A stretch of 64,000 nt of DNA from an uncultured Cellvibrionales bacterium. GTDB taxonomy: Bacteria; Pseudomonadota; Gammaproteobacteria; Pseudomonadales; GM7GCV1. Below the pieces are notes generated by a model. That model was not told the origin of the DNA, did no database searches, and was given only the letters and a program-made list of their open reading frames with translations. The first letter of the stretch is position 1; every line of letters starts with the position of its first letter. Below are positions 58,931 through 64,000 of the stretch, piece by piece. Position numbers and translations under genes: made by a program. The stretch covers positions 5,607-69,606 of the forward strand of contig CAJXYP010000006.1 of NCBI GenBank assembly GCA_913063225.1, written 5' to 3'.

Positions 58931-59762
58931 GCGCTCTCGCCAGAACCGCCCGATCTAATCCAGATAGATCTTTAAGACCATTTACGGACAGATATCGATG
59001 TTTTTCTAGCTCGCTGCTTACGCTGTTTTTTTGATTAAATCCATGCTCGATCAACAGATACCCCCCATCAACTAAATAGTCTATCGCGAACTCTGCAATC
59101 AGCTTTATATCCTGCATACCGTCTCTACCAGCAGTTAAAGCCGTTCGGGGTTCAAACCGAACATCCCCCTCTTTTAAACAAGGGCTATGTTCCTCCACAT
59201 ATGGAGGATTGGTGATAATCAGGTCAAATAGAGTATCGTTCCCAATAGGCTCAAACCAGCTACCCTGCAGCCAATCCACGGACAATATGTTCAAATTACG
59301 GGCATTACTTTGCGCCAATTCGAAGGCTGATTCCGACAGCTCAACCGCCGTAATATCCCAGCTTGGCCGTTCCAGAGCTAAAGCCAGTGCAATTGCCCCG
59401 GTTCCGGTGCCTAAATCCAGTATCTTGGCGCAATCTGGCAGATCTAGGCTAAGTGCCCGCTCCACCAACAATTCGGTTTCAGGTCGAGGTATTAAGGTTG
59501 ATGCATTGCATTCCAAACTCAGCCCCCAAAATTCTCGCCGGGACAAGATGTAGGCAATCGGCTCACCCTCGATGCGTCGCGCGATCAGTTTTTGGAATTC
59601 GGAAATTTCTTCTGAGCTGGGCTGATATTCCGGCCAGGTAAATAGCCAAGTTCGGTCGCGGCCTAATACATGCGCCCAAATTAGCTCTGCGTCGAGCCGA
59701 GCGGAATCAGAATCTGTTAGCTTTTGGGAAGCCGAGATTATGATATCGCTAAGACTGTTCAT
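58920..59762 (-). CDS. prmC: peptide chain release factor N5-glutamine methyltransferase
   Basis: [14 protein letters not shown] and the NPPY motif (ITNPPYV). Overlaps the prfA stop by 4 nt. Confidence 0.92.
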   Translation of the reverse strand: MNSLSDIIISASQKLTDSDSARLDAELIWAHVLGRDRTWLFTWPEYQPSSEEISEFQKLIARRIEGEPIAYILSRREFWGLSLECNASTLIPRPETELLVERALSLDLPDCAKILDLGTGTGAIALALALERPSWDITAVELSESAFELAQSNARNLNILSVDWLQGSWFEPIGNDTLFDLIITNPPYVEEHSPCLKEGDVRFEPRTALTAGRDGMQDIKLIAEFAIDYLVDGGYLLIEHGFNQKNSVSSELEKHRYLSVNGLKDLSGLDRAVLARAPKD

Positions 59763-60847
59763 TCGTCCTGAGAAAGCGCAGCCAATAAATCAGCCTGATG
59801 CTCATTGATAAGAGGCTGAATAACTATATCGACACTACCTTCCATAAACTCGTCGAGCTTATAGAGCGTAAGGTTAATTCGATGATCCGTGACGCGACCC
59901 TGTGGAAAATTATAGGTCCGTATTCGTTCAGAGCGATCGCCACTACCTACAAGATTGCGACGTGCATCTGCTTGTTCTTTTTCAGCGGCGTCCCGCTGCG
60001 CATTATTCAATCTGGCTTGCAGTAAGGACATCGCGCGCGCGCGGTTTTTGTGCTGAGACCGTTCGTCCTGACACTCAACCACTATTCCGGATGGCAGGTG
60101 AGTAAGCCGAATGGCTGAATCAGTCTTATTTACGTGCTGACCGCCCGAACCGGAAGCCCTGAAGGTATCCACCCGCAGATCCTCTTTACGAACATTGATC
60201 TCTTCCACTTCATCGGGCTCTGCCATTACGGCAACTGTGCAGGCGGATGTATGAACACGCCCTTGGGATTCCGTTTCAGGCACTCGCTGAACTCTATGCG
60301 CTCCCGATTCGAATTTCAGGTTTGCAAATACATCCTTTCCGGAAATACGAGAGATGATTTCTTTGAATCCCCCGTGATCCCCCTGACGTTCGGAAAGAAC
60401 TTCCACCTTCCACTTTTTTGACTCGGCATATTTGGAATACATGCGAAAAAGATTTCCAGAAAATATTGCCGCTTCATCGCCTCCTGTGCCCGCACGAATT
60501 TCCAAAAATACATTGGCGCGATCTTCCGGGTCTTTGGGAAGGAGTAATTTTTGTAAATCCAACTCAAGGGAATCTATTTTAGATTGCGCGGAGTCCAGCT
60601 CTTCTTTTGCCATCTCGCGCATAGAAGTGTCTGAATCCAGAAGCATTTCGCGCGCTTCATCGGCATCTTGAACGCAGCTTTGATATTGCTCAAAACACTT
60701 CACCACTTCTTCAATTTCAGAGTATTCACGAGACAAATCTCGAAACCGATTCTGATTAGTAATTACTTCTGCATCGCTCAGCAGTGCACCGATCTCTTCG
60801 TAACGATCAACCAACAAAACCAGCTTGTGCTGAATAGACTCTTTCAT
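59759..60847 (-). CDS. prfA: peptide chain release factor 1
   Basis: 362 aa with [21 protein letters not shown] (GGQ) and a PET-type tripeptide region ([13 protein letters not shown]). Confidence 0.96.
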   Translation of the reverse strand: MKESIQHKLVLLVDRYEEIGALLSDAEVITNQNRFRDLSREYSEIEEVVKCFEQYQSCVQDADEAREMLLDSDTSMREMAKEELDSAQSKIDSLELDLQKLLLPKDPEDRANVFLEIRAGTGGDEAAIFSGNLFRMYSKYAESKKWKVEVLSERQGDHGGFKEIISRISGKDVFANLKFESGAHRVQRVPETESQGRVHTSACTVAVMAEPDEVEEINVRKEDLRVDTFRASGSGGQHVNKTDSAIRLTHLPSGIVVECQDERSQHKNRARAMSLLQARLNNAQRDAAEKEQADARRNLVGSGDRSERIRTYNFPQGRVTDHRINLTLYKLDEFMEGSVDIVIQPLINEHQADLLAALSQDE

Positions 60848-60989
60848 GGGGTAGGGGTATTAGTCAGGGGTTCTCATCGGGCGGATGATATACAGATTCA
60901 ATATCACTTGTTCGCGAAGTCTAACAGGTAATATGTTGTAAATTCCATTGCCCCTTCTCAGTCCACCTGATGGGAAATCCGGGCTGCAG

Positions 60990-62360
60990 CTAGGGCTCGT
61001 CTTTGTCGACGAATTGATTTTCTAACGGAATATCTAATGGAATGTCTTTGGCCAAACTTTCAGTACTCTCATTCGGAAATGTCTCCTCACCGGAACCCTG
61101 CTGTGCATCAATCTTGTCCAGACCCAAAAGCCTGCTAGCCATCTTGATCAGTTCAAGATCACCGGACTGAGTCACCCACTTCAGTTGAGCGGTTGAATGA
61201 TGAATCATTTTATTGGTTAGATTGTTCGAGAAACGCTGCATTACTTCTTCGGCTGATTGGCCAGCCTCAAGCATGGCAAGTGCCTTTTGCAGCTCTTTAT
61301 TTCTGACGGTCTCAGCAGATTCCCTATATAGGCGAATTAAATCGGAATGCCCGGACGCCGCTCGTTCCTGTTTCCAGCGCTGTAAGCATTCTTGAATTAG
61401 AGTTTCAGCCTCTTCTGCTGCCTGAGCTCTGGACCGGCGGCTCTCCTCGATTACTTCGCGAAGATCATCGACGGTGTAAAGATAAATATCCTCTAATGTG
61501 CCTACTTCCACTTCGATATCTCGCGGCACCGCTAAATCCACCATAAACATCATCCGGCGCTTGCGTTGTCGAAGCGCAGATTCCACCGCGCCCTTACCCA
61601 AAAGCGGTAATTGACTGGCGGTAGAAGAAAAAAGAATGTCCATCTCGTGTAATACCGACGGAATATCCGAAAGCAAGATGGTTTCTGCTCCTAAGGTTGT
61701 CGCCACTTCATCAGCTCGGGCCAATGTCCGATTGGCGATAACAATTCGCTCAACGCCTTGTTCTTTAAGATGCCTGCCGACCAAAGCAATAGTCTCGCCC
61801 GCTCCGATAAGCAAAACCGTCTTATCCTTGAGATCCGCAAATATCTGTTTCGCTAAGGACACTGCAGCATAGGCAACGGATACCGGGTTCTGGCCAATAG
61901 CAGTCTCAGATCTAACGCGTTTGGCACTGGAAAAAGTGTGCTGAAAGGCCTGATGTAATCCGGAATTTAGCGTGCCTGCTTGCTCAGCCACAGCATAAGC
62001 AGATTTGAGTTGCCCTAATATCTGAGGCTCGCCTAAGACCATCGAGTCTAGGCCGGAAGCAACTCGCATCAAGTGCACTGCAGCATCCTGATCCAGATGC
62101 TGATAGATACAATCGGAAAGCTGATCTACCGACAGGTTGTGCCACTGCGCCAGCCAGGCCAGCACCCTATCCAAGGCAATATTGCTTCCGTCTAAATATA
62201 TCTCTGTGCGATTACAGGTTGAGAGAATCGCGATGCCGTCTGCGCCTAAATCAAAACTCGCAGCAGTGAGCGCAGAGGCTATTTGCTCTGGCGCAAAAGC
62301 TACTTTTTCTCGCACTTCAATGGGCGCGGTGTTGTGATTTATTCCAAGAAGGCTAAACAC
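60990..62360 (-). CDS. hemA: glutamyl-tRNA reductase
   Basis: LGINHNTAPIEVREKVAF, STCNRTEIY, LIGAGETIALVGRHL. GTG start. 456 aa with an acidic C-terminal tail. Confidence 0.93.
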   Translation of the reverse strand: MFSLLGINHNTAPIEVREKVAFAPEQIASALTAASFDLGADGIAILSTCNRTEIYLDGSNIALDRVLAWLAQWHNLSVDQLSDCIYQHLDQDAAVHLMRVASGLDSMVLGEPQILGQLKSAYAVAEQAGTLNSGLHQAFQHTFSSAKRVRSETAIGQNPVSVAYAAVSLAKQIFADLKDKTVLLIGAGETIALVGRHLKEQGVERIVIANRTLARADEVATTLGAETILLSDIPSVLHEMDILFSSTASQLPLLGKGAVESALRQRKRRMMFMVDLAVPRDIEVEVGTLEDIYLYTVDDLREVIEESRRSRAQAAEEAETLIQECLQRWKQERAASGHSDLIRLYRESAETVRNKELQKALAMLEAGQSAEEVMQRFSNNLTNKMIHHSTAQLKWVTQSGDLELIKMASRLLGLDKIDAQQGSGEETFPNESTESLAKDIPLDIPLENQFVDKDEP

Positions 62361-62449
62361 AGGAGATTTTTTTGACGGAAAGCGCTATTGTCGGTTTCTG
62401 ACCGTCAGCTTACAAGCGGCTCGGCCGCAAAGCCCTGTTTTGGGTAAAA

Positions 62450-62723
62450 TTTCTGACCTGTTAACGTTCATTTAATAATCTCTGTTGTGGCTAAAATGTT
62501 GCCAATCAAGGCGCGAGGAGCGTAATCTAGTGAATCTAAATAGGCGAAGAGCCACGCATAGTGGCGCTATTTTAGCCACAACCCCAAGGGCCGGTACTAT
62601 TTTTACCCCTGACGGAGTTATCATTCACTCATGTAGAATAACCGCATCACGCTCATTCTGCCTTGTCAGACGTAAAAATAGTTTCCGGCAGTGATTGTTA
62701 AATGAACGTTAACAGGTCAATAA
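62450..62723. other. ~270-nt element built of nested near-perfect inverted repeats (structured RNA or MITE-like foldback element)
   Basis: P1 is 62455-62475 / 62698-62718 (21/21 bp). P2 is 62484-62497 / 62569-62582 (14/14 bp). P3 is 62590-62606 / 62672-62689 plus 62609-62613 / 62665-62669. An inner hairpin lies at 62551-62565. Confidence 0.6.
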
Positions 62724-62900
62724 AAAATATGATTAAAGACCGGTGAAATTGGCTATTCTATGGTCTATTGACTATCCATCTGATGGCTATAGGGAATTTT
62801 TACTAATATATCGAGTCAGAGCTCCCTGATACTAACCTCAACAACCAAGCCAGTCTCTAACTCTATCTCTAACTAAGAGAGTCATCCAAACCGGAACGCA

Positions 62901-64000
62901 ATGCGATATTTTTCCCAGTCCAAATCTTCTTTCATCGCGCTTATGGCGATTTGCGCTCTAATACTAAGCGCTTGTGGGTCTGCACCATCCCAACCCTCAA
63001 ACTCGGAGGGCTATGGCAGCCAAGTTCTTTCCGAATCAGAATATTCAGAAATAATCGCTGCACTTCCAGAGCGCCCAATGAGTCCCTCAACATTAGAGAA
63101 ACTCTTGGAAGCCGAGTTTTCTGGCTATAGAGGAGACACTGCCAGAGTGGTAGAACTCTACCTTCGAGCAGCGCGCGAAACCCAAGACGCACAGCTGCTC
63201 GCAAGGACCGTTCAACTAGCTGTTGAAATGGGTGATTTGGACCGCGCCATGCAGGCAGCAGTACTCTGGTATGAAACTGAGCCTGAAAATATTGAAGCCC
63301 AAGCGCTTACTGTGCAAATGCTTGCACGCAATGGCGAATCCGAAGCCGCTTGGCTGATCGCAAAAGGTGCAAATAATCCAAGACTACTGCGACTTGTAGC
63401 TGCGGAAACTGCTGCCAGCGGCAACGTTCCCCAAATACTTTGGCTAGGCCAGGAAATTGAGCTTTTTGGTGTTGATAAAGCACCCCATTCCGAGCTCTAC
63501 ACGGCACAGGCCATTCTACTAAATCAACTTGAACGCGAGCAGCAAGCGGCAGAATTAGCTCGACAGGCCTTGATACTTGACCCAACTAATATCAGTGCCG
63601 TGCTGGTCCGCATCGAGGCACTCATTAAGCTGGAGCGCGACCAAGAAGCCGCTACGACATTAGAGAGCTGGCTTCTGGGGAATTGGAACCGTGTGGAAGA
63701 CAGGGCTTCTCTACTGGCTATTTTTATGAGAATGGACACCAACGCGGCAGATGCCAGCCTAAGTCGTTTATTTGAATTACATCCAGACTCAGCAGAGATA
63801 CTGATGCCTATTGCCGAGATTAAGCTAAATACCCGCCAGCTAATAGCCGCAGAAATGCTCTACCGGCAGGCTGCTCAATTACCGGATCATGAGGATATGG
63901 CCCACCTACAGCTAGGCCGTATTTACCACCTGAATGAGGATGTCGAGGCAGCCTTCCAATGGTATTCGATGGTGCCATTTGGCCCCTACTATCAATATGC
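62901..64000 (+). CDS. TPR-repeat lipoprotein, 5' part (runs off the right edge)
   Basis: Not in the ORF track because it has no stop inside the window. ATG at 62901, lipobox LILSAC, and I read the frame as open to 64000. Helical repeats are TPR-like. Its position opposite hemA matches the Pseudomonas arrangement. Confidence 0.75.
   Translation, partial: MRYFSQSKSSFIALMAICALILSACGSAPSQPSNSEGYGSQVLSESEYSEIIAALPERPMSPSTLEKLLEAEFSGYRGDTARVVELYLRAARETQDAQLLARTVQLAVEMGDLDRAMQAAVLWYETEPENIEAQALTVQMLARNGESEAAWLIAKGANNPRLLRLVAAETAASGNVPQILWLGQEIELFGVDKAPHSELYTAQAILLNQLEREQQAAELARQALILDPTNISAVLVRIEALIKLERDQEAATTLESWLLGNWNRVEDRASLLAIFMRMDTNAADASLSRLFELHPDSAEILMPIAEIKLNTRQLIAAEMLYRQAAQLPDHEDMAHLQLGRIYHLNEDVEAAFQWYSMVPFGPYYQY

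Noticed and set aside
62485-62694. 69-aa ORF inside the nested inverted-repeat element
   Set aside because: It has no RBS and an Arg/Cys/Ser-rich composition. It spans the stems of the repeat structure, so it is most likely a chance ORF.
1-64000. Search by eye for CRISPR arrays, tRNA/rRNA genes, transposases, integrases, phage or toxin-antitoxin/defence genes flanking the paralogue array
   Set aside because: None found. The array is therefore not obviously part of a mobile island, and no direct-repeat/spacer architecture exists in the window.

Overview
Chromosomal segment of a gammaproteobacterium. Two gene orders are Pseudomonas/Cellvibrionales-like: lptD-surA-pdxA-rsmA-apaG-apaH with divergent amgK-murU, and hemA-prfA-prmC facing a TPR lipoprotein gene. 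There are about 55 protein-coding genes, mostly housekeeping and envelope functions. These include ABC-F yheS, recQ, dinB, an RND efflux pair, apbE, cysH, rpe, rhlB, rlmD, baeSR-like genes, a di-haem peroxidase, djlA and an MscS channel. I saw no rRNA, tRNA, CRISPR array, transposase, integrase or phage genes. The stand-out feature is an 11.6-kb head-to-tail array of five diverged paralogues (18175-29814). Each encodes a ~750-aa secreted protein with an N-terminal CBM9/DOMON-like domain and a DUF5916-type C-terminal region ending in an outer-membrane beta-signal. Each copy has its own TGnTAnAAT extended -10 element. The array sits between a divergent apbE and a YceI-fusion gene plus an FAD monooxygenase gene. 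Second, five genes have broken reading frames. A GGDEF cyclase is broken by a 13-bp x3 tandem repeat. htpX is broken twice in homopolymer runs. A sigma-54 activator is broken in an A7 run. pldA is frameshifted, and the MscS gene probably is too. This points to homopolymer sequencing errors, real gene decay or phase variation. Third, a ~270-nt block of nested near-perfect inverted repeats lies in the hemA upstream region (62450-62723). Fourth, there is a degenerate tandem repeat array at 12512-12620 and an unlisted 53-aa basic ORF at 7089-7250. All family assignments come from reading the translations by eye. No searches were run.
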